NCBI GenBank assembly: GCA_963708075.1
Contig: OY970194.1
Coordinates: 6,400,001-6,464,000 of the forward strand
Reading direction: 5' to 3'
Source of the DNA: Sedimentisphaerales bacterium
GTDB lineage: Bacteria > Planctomycetota > Phycisphaerae > Sedimentisphaerales > Anaerobacaceae
DNA length: 64,000 bases
Position 1 is the first letter of the stretch; the number at the start of each line of letters is the position of its first letter. Below, piece by piece: positions 19,603 to 30,710 of this stretch. A program made the translations under genes and the position numbers. The notes beneath the pieces were generated by a model. It worked only from the letters and a program-made list of their open reading frames with translations, did not search any database and had not been told where the DNA came from.

Positions 19603-20226
19603 AGATTTCAGGCCTACCTCACTTCTACCACAGAAGGTCGCATCTCCGTCGCTCTTGGCGGGCGGCATCTCCATCTGTCAATCAGATCGATTGAGCATTC
19701 CCCTTAGGCCTTCCTGAGCATAATGCGTATTCAACACTCCGAGCAGAATGCCGTATATGCGCTTGGAGCTATCCAAGTCGCGCGGCTGGTTGCGCGGATG
19801 GATTGTGGAGCGAAAATGACACCGCACCCGTTGGGTCGTCCACAGAGCAGGCAGGAGCCGTTGCGATGAGCCCCTGATGCGGAAGGCGTCAGCGGATTGC
19901 CGGATCTCGATGAAGGCTTATCATCCACCCAGGGGTGGGCCGACACGCCGATGATGGTCGTGCGTCTCCCCAAAATTGGATGCCGGATTCAGTGCGGGGA
20001 CTCAGCGGGCGGCAGGTGCCATGGTGACTCGGCGATGCCGAGAAAACATATAAGAACCGAGGCGATGCGTCCCAGGACGCGTGCCTCAATTGAACCACCG
20101 GTGCGGGGACGCACCACGACGCTCGAGAAGGTCGGCGGTTTGTAGTGACGCCGTGAGACGTTCTTCTTGATGCCTTTACGAGCACACTACGAGCTGCCGG
20201 CCTGATCGGGTAGAGCTCGGGCGCCA

Positions 20227-22311
20227 TCATTTCAGTTGCATCCAGAGGTAGCTGTAGCTCAGGGCTGTCCTCAGGGCCCGCTGGCGGTTGGTCGCCGCCG
20301 CGGCGTGGCCGCCTTCCGTATTCTCGTAGTAGTACACCTTGTGCCCCATGCCTTCCATTTTCGCCGCCATTTTGCGTGCGTGGCCCGGATGCACACGATC
20401 GTCCTTCGTGGAGGTGCAGAAAAAGACTTGTGGATACTTTTTATCGGCGGAGAGGTTGTGATAGGGCGAATACCGGCTGATGTATGCCCACTCCCCGGGA
20501 ATGTCGGGATCGCCGAACTCCGCCACCCAACTGGCGCCGGCCAGCAGCTTATTGTAGCGTTTCATGTCCAGCAGCGGCACCTGGCAGACGACGGCGTTGA
20601 ACAGGTCCGGTCTCTGGGTGAAGGCCGCCCCCATGAGCAGCCCGCCATTGGACCCGCCCATGATTCCCAGATGCGCGGGCGTCGTGATCTTGCGCTGTAC
20701 CAGGTCCTCTGCCACGGCAATGAAGTCATCATAGCAACGTTGGCGGTTCTCCTTGAGGGCGCAGATATGCCATCGGGGTCCGAACTCGCCACCCCCGCGA
20801 ATGTTGGCCAGGGCATACACGCCGCCTTTTTCCAGCCACGCCGCGCCGACAGTGGCCGCATAGGAGGGAAGCTCGGGGACCTCGAAGCCGCCGTAGCCGT
20901 ACAGGAGCGTCGGATTCGAGCCGTCCGCTTTGGCCGCCTTCGATTGCACGAGGAAGTAGGGGATCCGCGTGCCGTCTTTCGAGACCGCCTCCAACTGCTT
21001 CACCTCCAGGCCGTTCGCATTGAAAAAGTCGGGAAGGCTCTTCACTTTCTGCATCTGCCGCCCGTCCGGCGAGTAGTAGAGGCTGGTCGGGCTCAGGAAG
21101 CCTTCGTAGGTGAAGAAGTATCGATTCGATTTCTCATCCGTCGCATCAACGGACAAAGTCCCAAGCTGCGGTGCATTGACCCTCTGTTTCTCCCAGCGGC
21201 CCTCGTTGAAGCGGAACTCGTACAACTCACTCTTTACGTTATTCAGCACCTCTGCCAGGAGGATATCCCGGGTCATCGAGAACGCGATGATATTCGATCG
21301 CTCGTTGGGCTCGATGATAGTGTCAAAAGTGCGACTGCCTTTCAGGTACCGGTCGTAGTCGATGCTGATCAGCGAGCCCTGCTTGTAGGTCTGTGAGTTG
21401 ATAGTCCAGTCCGACCGAAGCCGCACGAGCAACTGGTTTTTGAAGAATCCGCCGAAATTCGCGTCGTCGGGAATCTCCAGCTTGATGGGCCGGCCGGCCT
21501 CGATGATGTACGTGTGCGATGTGTAGAAGGTGATTCCCCGGTGAATCACGTCATACTGTCTCTCCGGCGTGTTGATGACGGAGGTTCCGACTTCTACGTC
21601 GGTCGGTTCGCCCTCGAAGATCGTCCGGGCCTCGCTCAGCGGCGTGCCTCTCTTCCAGAGCTTTGTCACGCGCGGGTACCCGGATGCCGTCAAGCTGCCC
21701 GGCCCGAAATCGGTCTGCACGTAGATCGTGTCCCGGTCCTTCCAGGAGACGGAGCCCTTCGTCTCAGGCAGGGAGAACCCATCTTTCACGAACTGCTTCG
21801 TGCCGGTGTCGAACTCGCGCACCACCGCGGCGTCGCCGCCGCCCCGCGAAAGGTACACCAGGTGGAGCATGTAGTCCGGATACAGTCGCACCGTCCCCTT
21901 GTACACCCATGGCATGCCCTCGTCCTGCGAGAGCTTGTCGATATCCAGCAGGACCTCCCATTGCGGTGCGGGTTTGAGATATTCCTCCAGCGTCGTGCGG
22001 CGCCACAGGCCCCGCTCGTTCTTCTCGTCCTGCCAGAAATTATGGATGTACTCGCCGCGGAAGCTTGGATAGGCGATGCGCTGGTCGGAGTTCAGGATTT
22101 CCAGGGCCTTCTGGTACGTCGGCTCGAACAGAGGCTGGGCCTTGAGCACGGCCAGGGTCGCCTCATTCTTCTCCTTTACCCAACTCAATGCCTTCTCGCC
22201 CTCGATGTCCTCCAGCCACAGGTAGGGGTCCGCCTCATCCTGGCACGATGCCTGTTGGACCCACAGCAGAGCGAATAGCACCGAGAGTAGAACGCTGAGT
22301 GTACCTTTCAT
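20227..22311 (-). CDS. Prolyl oligopeptidase (S9A), secreted
   Basis: DPYLWLE, GGSNGG catalytic Ser, DDRVHP, EGGH; signal peptide; RBS GAAAGGA. Confidence 0.95.
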   Translation of the reverse strand: MKGTLSVLLSVLFALLWVQQASCQDEADPYLWLEDIEGEKALSWVKEKNEATLAVLKAQPLFEPTYQKALEILNSDQRIAYPSFRGEYIHNFWQDEKNERGLWRRTTLEEYLKPAPQWEVLLDIDKLSQDEGMPWVYKGTVRLYPDYMLHLVYLSRGGGDAAVVREFDTGTKQFVKDGFSLPETKGSVSWKDRDTIYVQTDFGPGSLTASGYPRVTKLWKRGTPLSEARTIFEGEPTDVEVGTSVINTPERQYDVIHRGITFYTSHTYIIEAGRPIKLEIPDDANFGGFFKNQLLVRLRSDWTINSQTYKQGSLISIDYDRYLKGSRTFDTIIEPNERSNIIAFSMTRDILLAEVLNNVKSELYEFRFNEGRWEKQRVNAPQLGTLSVDATDEKSNRYFFTYEGFLSPTSLYYSPDGRQMQKVKSLPDFFNANGLEVKQLEAVSKDGTRIPYFLVQSKAAKADGSNPTLLYGYGGFEVPELPSYAATVGAAWLEKGGVYALANIRGGGEFGPRWHICALKENRQRCYDDFIAVAEDLVQRKITTPAHLGIMGGSNGGLLMGAAFTQRPDLFNAVVCQVPLLDMKRYNKLLAGASWVAEFGDPDIPGEWAYISRYSPYHNLSADKKYPQVFFCTSTKDDRVHPGHARKMAAKMEGMGHKVYYYENTEGGHAAAATNRQRALRTALSYSYLWMQLK

Positions 22312-22514
22312 CTGCGGTTTCCTTTCATGGGACACGCAATCATCCTGGCGGCAAATGAACGGCGATCATGATACTCGCGGGGCTGTCCCAAGGCAATGCG
22401 CCGCGGGGCGTCTGAAGCAAAGAAAAGACTTGCCCGCAGCGACGGGGCATCGGGTACAATGGGAATGGTGTGGATTCGTGAGAAGAAATGACCTGACTTG
22501 ATGGAGTGCTGAGA

Positions 22515-22769
22515 ATGCCCGAGGAACCGATTGGACAAGTAGTGGATTTCTTCGCCCGGCCCGTGGTGGCCGCCATCCAGTTGACCGCCCCGCTGAAGGT
22601 GGGGGACAGGGTTCACATCAAAGGCCATTCCACTGACCTGGAAGTGACCATCGCCTCAATGCAGGTCAATAATGCCCAGGTCCAGGAAGCCAAACCAGGC
22701 GACGGCGTCGGTGTGAAAATCACCGACCGCGTGCGAAAGGGCGACGTCGTCTACAAGGTCGTGGAGTAG
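22515..22769 (+). CDS. Translation elongation factor-like small beta-barrel protein (EF-Tu domain 2-like)
   Basis: IGQVVDFF...LKVGDRVHIKGHST...SMQV...VGVK..RVRKGDVVYKV. Confidence 0.8.
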   Translation: MPEEPIGQVVDFFARPVVAAIQLTAPLKVGDRVHIKGHSTDLEVTIASMQVNNAQVQEAKPGDGVGVKITDRVRKGDVVYKVVE

Positions 22770-23064
22770 ACCAGCCGTCGCAGCAGGGGAGGCCATAGTC
22801 CGAAAGGCCGATCGCCAGGCCAAGTGATGATCCTCCGCTCACAGTGCTACCCGGCGTACAAGAAGCCCAACGCTGAAAACCTGCCTACGCACAAGCCATA
22901 GGATGCTGTGGAAGTCCATCACATGGTGGGTGCTTACTACTTGAGTTTTTTGTGGCGCGCGGCCGAAGAATAAGGGTATGGTATCGCCTGGCCGTGTTGG
23001 CCGACAATCGGTTTCGATGGGGCTTGGCATTCAGGCAATCGGTTTGGCAGTAAAGGGATTTACA

Positions 23065-24051
23065 ATGAACAGTGCATGGAACGCTATTCGTCGCATTTCG
23101 TTACTGGCTGTGCTGCTCGTGTTGCTCGGCTCAGGCGTGGTCGCTGCGGCTGCAAATGATGCGAATGATCCGAATCTGGCTGGAAACGGTGCGACGAATC
23201 CGTTCACCTTCAGCAGTGCCCAGGAGGTTCTGACGCGGGTCTATGCGCTGCTGGCGGAGTACGGGCTCAGGGTTCTTGGTGCCGTACTGCTTTTTGCCGT
23301 CGGACGGTGGGCGGCGAAGATGTTGTCCGGATTGGCCGCCAGGATCATGAAGAAGGCCAAGGTCGATCCGACGCTCATTCCCTTCCTTGAGAACCTGACG
23401 TACACCGCTATGCTGGTCTTCGTGGTGATCGCCGTGTTGGATCGCCTGGGGGTCCAGACGGCCTCCGTGATCGCCGTGCTCGGTGCGGCAGGACTCGCCG
23501 TAGGCTTGGCTCTGCAAGGCTCGCTGGCCAATTTCGCCTCCGGCGTGCTGCTGCTGATATTCAAACCCTTCCGCGCTGGCGACTTCGTGGAGACTGCCGG
23601 TGCCAAAGGGACAGTGCAAGCCATCCACTTGTTCAACACAGTTCTCAATTCGCCGGATAACATCCGAATCATTGTTCCCAACGCCCAGGTCACCGGCGGA
23701 AGCATCTTGAACTACACGATCAATGGGACCCGGCGCATCGACCTGGTCGCCAGCATCTCTTACGAAGACGACATGAAGAAAGCCAAGAAGGTTATTGAGA
23801 ACGTTCTGGCCCAGGAGAAGAGAATCCTGCCGGAGCCGGCTCCGCTCGTGGTCGTCGGAGAAATGGCCGACAGCAGCGTCAACTTCTTTGTGCGGCCCTG
23901 GGTGAAGACAACCGACTATTGGGACGTCTACTTCGATCTCACCGAGAAGCTGAAGACCGCCATCGAAGAGCACGGCATGAGCATCCCGTTCCCGCAGCAG
24001 GAGATTACCATCAAGAGCGCCGCCGCCGCAGCGAACCTGAAAAGCGCCTGA
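23065..24051 (+). CDS. mscS: Small-conductance mechanosensitive channel
   Basis: GAAGLAVGLALQGSLANFASG, KPFRAGDFVE, IPFPQ. Confidence 0.92.
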   Translation: MNSAWNAIRRISLLAVLLVLLGSGVVAAAANDANDPNLAGNGATNPFTFSSAQEVLTRVYALLAEYGLRVLGAVLLFAVGRWAAKMLSGLAARIMKKAKVDPTLIPFLENLTYTAMLVFVVIAVLDRLGVQTASVIAVLGAAGLAVGLALQGSLANFASGVLLLIFKPFRAGDFVETAGAKGTVQAIHLFNTVLNSPDNIRIIVPNAQVTGGSILNYTINGTRRIDLVASISYEDDMKKAKKVIENVLAQEKRILPEPAPLVVVGEMADSSVNFFVRPWVKTTDYWDVYFDLTEKLKTAIEEHGMSIPFPQQEITIKSAAAAANLKSA

Positions 24052-24073
24052 GAATTGTTCCAGTCCGAAGCTC

Positions 24074-25261
24074 CTACTGGCTGTCCCAGCCGGCGAGGGG
24101 TGGGATGTCGAGGGGCCAGGCGAGATGCAGATTGCCGCCGGGGCCGAGACGGCTCTCGGGCAGATCCTTGACCCGTCGGCTCTTGCGAAGCTGGTCCGAC
24201 ACTGTGACTTTCTGGACATGGCCGTCCAACAGGGAGACGTAGGAGTGGCCCGTGTTCAGGTCGCCCCCGCGGGGACGGTGGTAGGTCGCAAAGGCATCCC
24301 CGACGTCAGTCTCAGGCATCCTCGACGCATAAGGGCGTCCCGCAGGACTGTCGAAAGTCGTGTAGGAGGGCCCGATATCCAGAGACCCTAGAGTGATGGC
24401 GCCGGTGACCTTGAACCTGGGCTTTTCACCGTCCGTGACATCGGCGGGAGCATTCATGGTCCCATCCGGGGTCCCTCCCCAAGGGCCGCTGAGATTGTAC
24501 GACGCCGGCCATCGCGATCCCTTGTTGACCGGCCAGGAATTCTCCTCGCCGAAGGCAAATACCTCGGAAGGACTGCGCGTGACCTGTGCCTCCCTGCGGA
24601 TGGTTCTCATTCGGACGGTCCGTACATCCACTTCCAGTGACCCCATTGCGAAGCTTCCGGTCGGGAGGGTCCTATGCAGGTTGCCGTTCATCGTGTAGGA
24701 GTACTGGGGGATGAAGGGGATGGGCAGGTTTGGCTCGCCCATTCCAAGACCTGATCCGCCCATCCCAAAACCACCACGACCAGGTCTTGGAGGAGGCGGA
24801 GGTCTCCTGGGTTTATTAGGATCCTGGTTACAGCCCCGTTCCTCGCAGACACGGGCCCCGGTCTTGCAGAGGAGGACCTTGGCGTTTCCCACATAGGGTA
24901 TCAGAGAGCCCTGAAGCTCCTTGTGCTCGCGCATCAAGGGGCCCGCCGGACCGATTTCGGCATCATGCCAGCGGCAGCGCCACGGGTGCCCAGCTCCATA
25001 AGCCGGCTTGAATGGTTCCTTGGGATCTTTGTGCTTGAATGATTCCATGGAATGGTAGAGGTAGGTTGGATTGGGAAAGAGGTTGTCATGATCGTTGCAG
25101 TAGGTCTTGAGCATCACGGCCATCTGCCGCAGGTTCGACCTGCACACGGTCTCGGCGGCGTGCTGCCGCGCCACGTTCATGACCGGCAGACCCAACGCCA
25201 TCAGAAAGGCGATGATCGCCATGACCACGAGCAATTCGACGAGTGTAAAGCCCTTCTTCAT
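24074..25261 (-). CDS. Prepilin-type N-terminal cleavage/methylation protein, H-X9-DG (DUF1559-like)
   Basis: KKGFTLVELLVVMAII, CRSNLRQ, C-terminal H...SLLDGHV. Confidence 0.9.
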   Translation of the reverse strand: MKKGFTLVELLVVMAIIAFLMALGLPVMNVARQHAAETVCRSNLRQMAVMLKTYCNDHDNLFPNPTYLYHSMESFKHKDPKEPFKPAYGAGHPWRCRWHDAEIGPAGPLMREHKELQGSLIPYVGNAKVLLCKTGARVCEERGCNQDPNKPRRPPPPPRPGRGGFGMGGSGLGMGEPNLPIPFIPQYSYTMNGNLHRTLPTGSFAMGSLEVDVRTVRMRTIRREAQVTRSPSEVFAFGEENSWPVNKGSRWPASYNLSGPWGGTPDGTMNAPADVTDGEKPRFKVTGAITLGSLDIGPSYTTFDSPAGRPYASRMPETDVGDAFATYHRPRGGDLNTGHSYVSLLDGHVQKVTVSDQLRKSRRVKDLPESRLGPGGNLHLAWPLDIPPLAGWDSQ

Positions 25262-25277
25262 TTTCTCTCTCCGGCTA

Positions 25278-25871
25278 TCACTTGGGCATGTGCCAAACAG
25301 GTATCCGTCCCTTCTCATTGGACTTCATCAGCTCCTCGATGATCGCCCGTCCCTCGGGACTCTTCGCCGGGACCCATTGCTTGTCCTTGACCCGCCTGAT
25401 GAGCCGGCTTTGCGCCCATTTACGCATGTCGCTCATGTCCGACGCGGAAGCTTTCCCGGGGGCGTCGGGGTCGGGCTGTTCCAGAAAGCCGACGACCAGG
25501 TCGCTCTCATTCGGGTCCAGGACATAGCTGTACACGTGCGCCCGAAAGCCCGCGAGTTCGCCGCTTGGCGTGGGGCCGGATGGAGCGGCAATGGGACCGA
25601 TCTGCTTGAAACCGGCTGTGAACAGCTTGCCTGTATTGACGTCATAGAACCAGGCCGTCTTGCCGTGCTGGAACACGTGCTCCGGCGGCGATTTGAAGGC
25701 ACGCGCCGCCGCAATCACCAGCAATAACACGCACAGGCAGGTCGCACCGATGATCAGCCGATAGCTTTCACTGAGCCATGTGCGCAGACCGAGCTGCCGG
25801 ACCCGGTCCTGGAATTCCTCCAGGCGATGGCCGATCTCGCGGGTGAGCAGCTCGGGAATTCTTATCGCCAT
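25278..25871 (-). CDS. Hypothetical single-TM protein in the prepilin operon
   Basis: 197 aa, one TM helix, RBS GGAG, 16 nt from the next start. Confidence 0.7.
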   Translation of the reverse strand: MAIRIPELLTREIGHRLEEFQDRVRQLGLRTWLSESYRLIIGATCLCVLLLVIAAARAFKSPPEHVFQHGKTAWFYDVNTGKLFTAGFKQIGPIAAPSGPTPSGELAGFRAHVYSYVLDPNESDLVVGFLEQPDPDAPGKASASDMSDMRKWAQSRLIRRVKDKQWVPAKSPEGRAIIEELMKSNEKGRIPVWHMPK

Positions 25872-25890
25872 GTCGTCGTGTCTCCGTACT

Positions 25891-26138
25891 GGAGTTCTGC
25901 AAAATGGAAGTTGGGCTTATTATTCAAGGAAATCCGCTTTGGGATTTCCTTGAATCAGCAAGCTGTTCATGTGTGGCACACCCTGCCCGGACCTATGTTG
26001 CCGTGTGCAGCAAGGCAATCGCCGGTCATTTTCCAGGATACATACCACGCACCATCGACGGCTATTGTTGGAGAAGGAAAAATGAAAGGCGCATTCTTCC
26101 TTCCCCAAGTAAGCCCAACTTCCATTTTGCAGAACTCC
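25891..26138. mobile_element. MITE, 248 bp, perfect 29-bp TIRs, 3-bp target duplication ACT
   Basis: GGAGTTCTGCAAAATGGAAGTTGGGCTTA (25891-25919) is the exact reverse complement of 26110-26138; ACT at 25888-25890 and 26139-26141. Confidence 0.9.
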
Positions 26139-26147
26139 ACTTCTTGA

Positions 26148-26901
26148 TCATTCATTGGCATCGTATCCGCCTCCCAGTATGTCGACCACATATTTGAGAT
26201 CGGGATTGTCTGCGGACGCCTCCTCGGGTTCGGCGATGATGCCTTTGATGAACTTCAGCGTGCGGGCGTCTTTCCAGCGGGTGTAGCTGCCGTGGCCATC
26301 GACGAACGTCATGTTGCACCCGTCGTTGTGCCGGGCGGTCATGTTCTGCGAGTTGATGCCGACGAGAACCTGCCCACGGATTCCACATCCACCGGCCCCG
26401 GCTCTTAATGACGGGCCGGAAGTCCATTCCGAGAGCGTCTGGATCTATGTCCGTCAGGAGCAGTTGCCGGCCGGGATGAGAGACGCTGTGCAGCGTCCGG
26501 TAGCGTCCGGTGCCGTCGTAGCTTTGGCCGCACATGTTGGCCGCAAAACCATAGCAGGAGTCAATGGTCTTGCCCCAGACGGACATCCCTCCCTCATTCC
26601 TGGCGACGCTCTTGCACAGGAAGACCTCGTTCACGTTATAGACGTAGGATGCCATCTGCTCGGGGCCATGCAGCATCGGAATGCGATCGTCCTGCTCCGC
26701 GACAATCTGGTGCCAGGCCAGTCCCAACTGATGCTGGTTCGCCAGGCAGTGCGTCTGCTCGGCCTGTCTCTGGGCACGTGTCAGGCTCGGTAGCAGCAGC
26801 GACATCATGAGGCAGATGATCGAGATTACCACCAGCAATTCCGTGAGGCTAAAGCCTCTCGGGCGCTCGCGAATGCCTGCTTTTCTCCCATGTGGGGCCA
26901 T
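26148..26901 (-). CDS. Prepilin-type H-X9-DG protein, apparent +1 frameshift at 26364-26370
   Basis: RGFSLTELLVVISII N-terminus; RHNDGCNMTFVDGH lies in a second frame; removing one base of GAGAACC joins them. Confidence 0.85.
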
Positions 26902-27155
26902 GTCATTGCACTCCCGACAAAACGTCGATTCATGCCATTGGCCAAACGCTCGCGATGCACTTGTTCCGCCGCATCCCGCTGCGACCGGCGGCGCTTAAGA
27001 GCACGTCTATCCCGCTGATACAACCCTATTGTGGCGCGGACGCCGCCCGATGTCAAGCAGGAAATGCATCAGAAACGAGCAGGGCCGCAGGTCAGGCCTG
27101 CAGCCCTGTATCGATGTTCATGGGAGTGTCGAGAGGCCCTTCGCTGCACGAAAGC

Positions 27156-28469
27156 TCAGCGCTCCGCCTCTGGCTTGATGGTGATGGTGTGGCGAACCGG
27201 GACGAAAGCGGTGCTGATAGCGGCGACAAGCGGCGCACGAACTTTCTCCGTGAGGGCAACCGTCATCTCTATATCCGTTTGGCCTTCGGCCCCGTGGAAG
27301 AGGTCCTTGACCTGCCTTGTCTCGTAGGCCTGCTTCTTCACCACTGCCTCATCCACGCGTTTGAAGGCTTCGCTGAACGGGTTGACCTCGAAATCCGCCG
27401 CGAGATTGACGCCCCGGGTCAGTTCCTCGGCAGTGTATATCTTCGATGCATCGCCCCATGTGACACGGTAACGGCCCGGCGCCGCGTTGCGGACGCTGAG
27501 CATGAGTCGATTCAACCGATCATTGAAGGGCACAAGGGTCATGCCGGAGCGGATGCTGGAATCGTCGTTGGCCGGACCTGCGGCGCAGAATGGATACCGG
27601 CGGCTCTCAATCTCCATCTGTCCCGGCTCGGTGGCGAGGATGCGATGTCCCTCCGATACGGTGGCCTTGCCATCAGCCAAATCGAGCGTGATCGTGCCGA
27701 TCTCGCCGTCCAGACCCATCGCCCTGAGGAAGGCGTAGGCCATCACGAGGTGGCCCGCCCAGCCGGGGTGCACACCATCCTTGCCTGCGATCATGAAATT
27801 GCTGCCGTATCGCTGCTTTGCCTCGAATCCGCCGACCAGCATGGGACAGAAGACATCCGCAAATCCCACCTGCTCGTCGGTGGCCAGTGTGACGCCGACG
27901 TTGCGAAACTGGGCCAGGCTGTGATTGAGGTCCTCAACCGTGCCCTGGGCCCGCTGGACCCAGGCGGGCATCTTGCCCACGGTTCCGGGCGAGCCCTGGA
28001 TGACCCGCACGCCGCGCTGTTTGAACTTGCCTATGACGACCCGCGAGGCGTCACGATACGTTCTGGCGTACTCCTCTTTGTAGGGCTGGTAGTTGTGGTC
28101 GTTCATCCCATAGCACGTCGTGGCAATGGTCGGGCTGAAGCGCAGGACATCGTTCTCCATCCTCGCCAAAAAGCCGGGGGCTTTCTCGCCGCTCCAGCCG
28201 AACTGTCTCACCGTGACATGCAATTGCGGCACGCACACGGTCAGGTACGTCTCGATGATCCGCGAGTACATCTTCTGCTCGGTGATCGAGTCGCCGCAGA
28301 TGGCCAGCTTATCGCCGGGCCTGAGCAGCAACTCTTTGCACGCCGGCGCCTGCACCGGCCTATAGGTGGAAAAATACGGATCGGCGGGCAGTGGCTCCAA
28401 CGGCTGCGCAAGCAGCGGAGAACCCAACGCCACCACGAGAAGAATGAGGCACCACATGCGTTTTGTCAT
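27156..28469 (-). CDS. SGNH/GDSL hydrolase, secreted
   Basis: GDSITE, GWSGE, YGMND, DGVHP. Confidence 0.92.
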   Translation of the reverse strand: MTKRMWCLILLVVALGSPLLAQPLEPLPADPYFSTYRPVQAPACKELLLRPGDKLAICGDSITEQKMYSRIIETYLTVCVPQLHVTVRQFGWSGEKAPGFLARMENDVLRFSPTIATTCYGMNDHNYQPYKEEYARTYRDASRVVIGKFKQRGVRVIQGSPGTVGKMPAWVQRAQGTVEDLNHSLAQFRNVGVTLATDEQVGFADVFCPMLVGGFEAKQRYGSNFMIAGKDGVHPGWAGHLVMAYAFLRAMGLDGEIGTITLDLADGKATVSEGHRILATEPGQMEIESRRYPFCAAGPANDDSSIRSGMTLVPFNDRLNRLMLSVRNAAPGRYRVTWGDASKIYTAEELTRGVNLAADFEVNPFSEAFKRVDEAVVKKQAYETRQVKDLFHGAEGQTDIEMTVALTEKVRAPLVAAISTAFVPVRHTITIKPEAER

Positions 28470-28535
28470 GCGTGTCACTATAGCCCGCCGCCATCCCGCC
28501 GACAAGAGGAAACACAACCATCGCGGCCACGTTCA

Positions 28536-28742
28536 TCAACGCCATCCGTGTGGACCACGATGGTCCCAGTGCGGCCGGGGCGGCGGGCCGGGGACTTGGA
28601 TGACCTCGACTCGCTCGGCCGGCGGAACGTGTACGACGCGCACGGCCCGCGCCGACCTGTGTTCATCGCACGAGATGACCATGCAGCCACTGAGCCAGAG
28701 CATCAAGGCCGCCATGACGGCGATCAGCATTATCTTGTTCAT
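28536..28742 (-). CDS. Small lipoprotein
   Basis: MNK + hydrophobic core + LSGC; RBS GGGAG. Confidence 0.7.
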   Translation of the reverse strand: MNKIMLIAVMAALMLWLSGCMVISCDEHRSARAVRVVHVPPAERVEVIQVPGPPPRPHWDHRGPHGWR

Positions 28743-29004
28743 AATCGATTCTCCCGGACCAGCGACGCATTCACGGCGTCCCGTCCACAGATAAAAGGCA
28801 ACTCGCCGCCCGTTGGTAACATCCACGTATCCACTGGGGAACGCGGATGAACCATTCTTAAGACAGGTATCCGAAGAATCGATGCGGAGTGATGCGGACC
28901 ACGTGTGTCCTCAGGCTTCGGCGAGCTGAGCTCAGTGTAGATTTCCACCGCGCACCGTGCGTCGGGTAAGCCCTCCGATTTCTCTCCCGGCCGGACCTTG
29001 GCGG

Positions 29005-29793
29005 CTACAGATTCGCATAGTCCTTGAATTGTCTCATCCACTCCGGCCACACGGGCGTTCCACTGGCCGCTCGTTCCTGGACCCATTGCCGATGCCAATG
29101 CAGCTCCCACAATTCCTTCAAGCCGACCGGTCGGATCGACGTGTCCATGAACACGGCATTCACAGCCCCGTTGTGCCGATTGATACAGAAGCTGCACATG
29201 GCGTTGGTGTACCAGTCCCAGTGACACTCGCCGTCAACTGCCGGCGCGTGATTCCTTGGCAGGGGCAGGCCGTCCACCCACTGGCAATCGACGAACACGG
29301 GTACCTGGTACCCGCCCTTGATGCGAATTGTCCGCCAGTTCCTGTTCGTGTGCGGGTCGCCCGTGTCGTTGCCGACCCAGGCGTTGAGTCCGAAGCTGCC
29401 GTAGTCTCCTTTGATCGCATAGTTGGGCACGGTGGGCAGCCGGCCCTCGCCGTACACTCCCCAGCCCACAAAAGGCCCCTCGGTGTCATCGCTGTAGAAC
29501 TTGGTCGTCGCCGGGCAGACACGCATCTTTGGCTCACGGCTATAGTACGGCCGAAACGCGTGGACCCAGCTGTGAGTTGGCTCGCTGCCCGTCTCCTCGT
29601 GGAAGTTGCCGTTGTTGTCCTCCGCGTACATGGTAAAGGTCAGACCCATCTGCTTCAGGTTCGACTGGCACGCCACGGCTCTGGCTTGTTTGCGCACCCG
29701 CTGCAACGCCGGCATGAGAATGGCCATCAGCAACGCGATGATCGCGATAACAACCAGAAGTTCAATGAGTGTGAAGGCATTTGTCTTACGCAT
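29005..29793 (-). CDS. Prepilin-type H-X9-DG (DUF1559-like) protein
   Basis: [36 protein letters not shown]. Confidence 0.92.
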   Translation of the reverse strand: MRKTNAFTLIELLVVIAIIALLMAILMPALQRVRKQARAVACQSNLKQMGLTFTMYAEDNNGNFHEETGSEPTHSWVHAFRPYYSREPKMRVCPATTKFYSDDTEGPFVGWGVYGEGRLPTVPNYAIKGDYGSFGLNAWVGNDTGDPHTNRNWRTIRIKGGYQVPVFVDCQWVDGLPLPRNHAPAVDGECHWDWYTNAMCSFCINRHNGAVNAVFMDTSIRPVGLKELWELHWHRQWVQERAASGTPVWPEWMRQFKDYANL

Positions 29794-29932
29794 GGCGTTC
29801 CCTTCTCACGCAGCGTTTAGCGGTACCTCCGCAAACGACTGTGCTCGTCCCAGAATAGCGAAAGGGGCAGCCCTAGTCAAGCCTTTGGAGGGCTTCTCTC
29901 AGGGTATCCGCATGCAGACGGGAAATCTGTGG

Positions 29933-30685
<753 letters not shown>

Positions 30686-30710
30686 AGCATCCTCCTTTCA
30701 AAAGGCCCGG

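Noticed and set aside
25827..26197. Short ORFs in this interval
   Set aside because: They are readings of the MITE with no recognisable protein features
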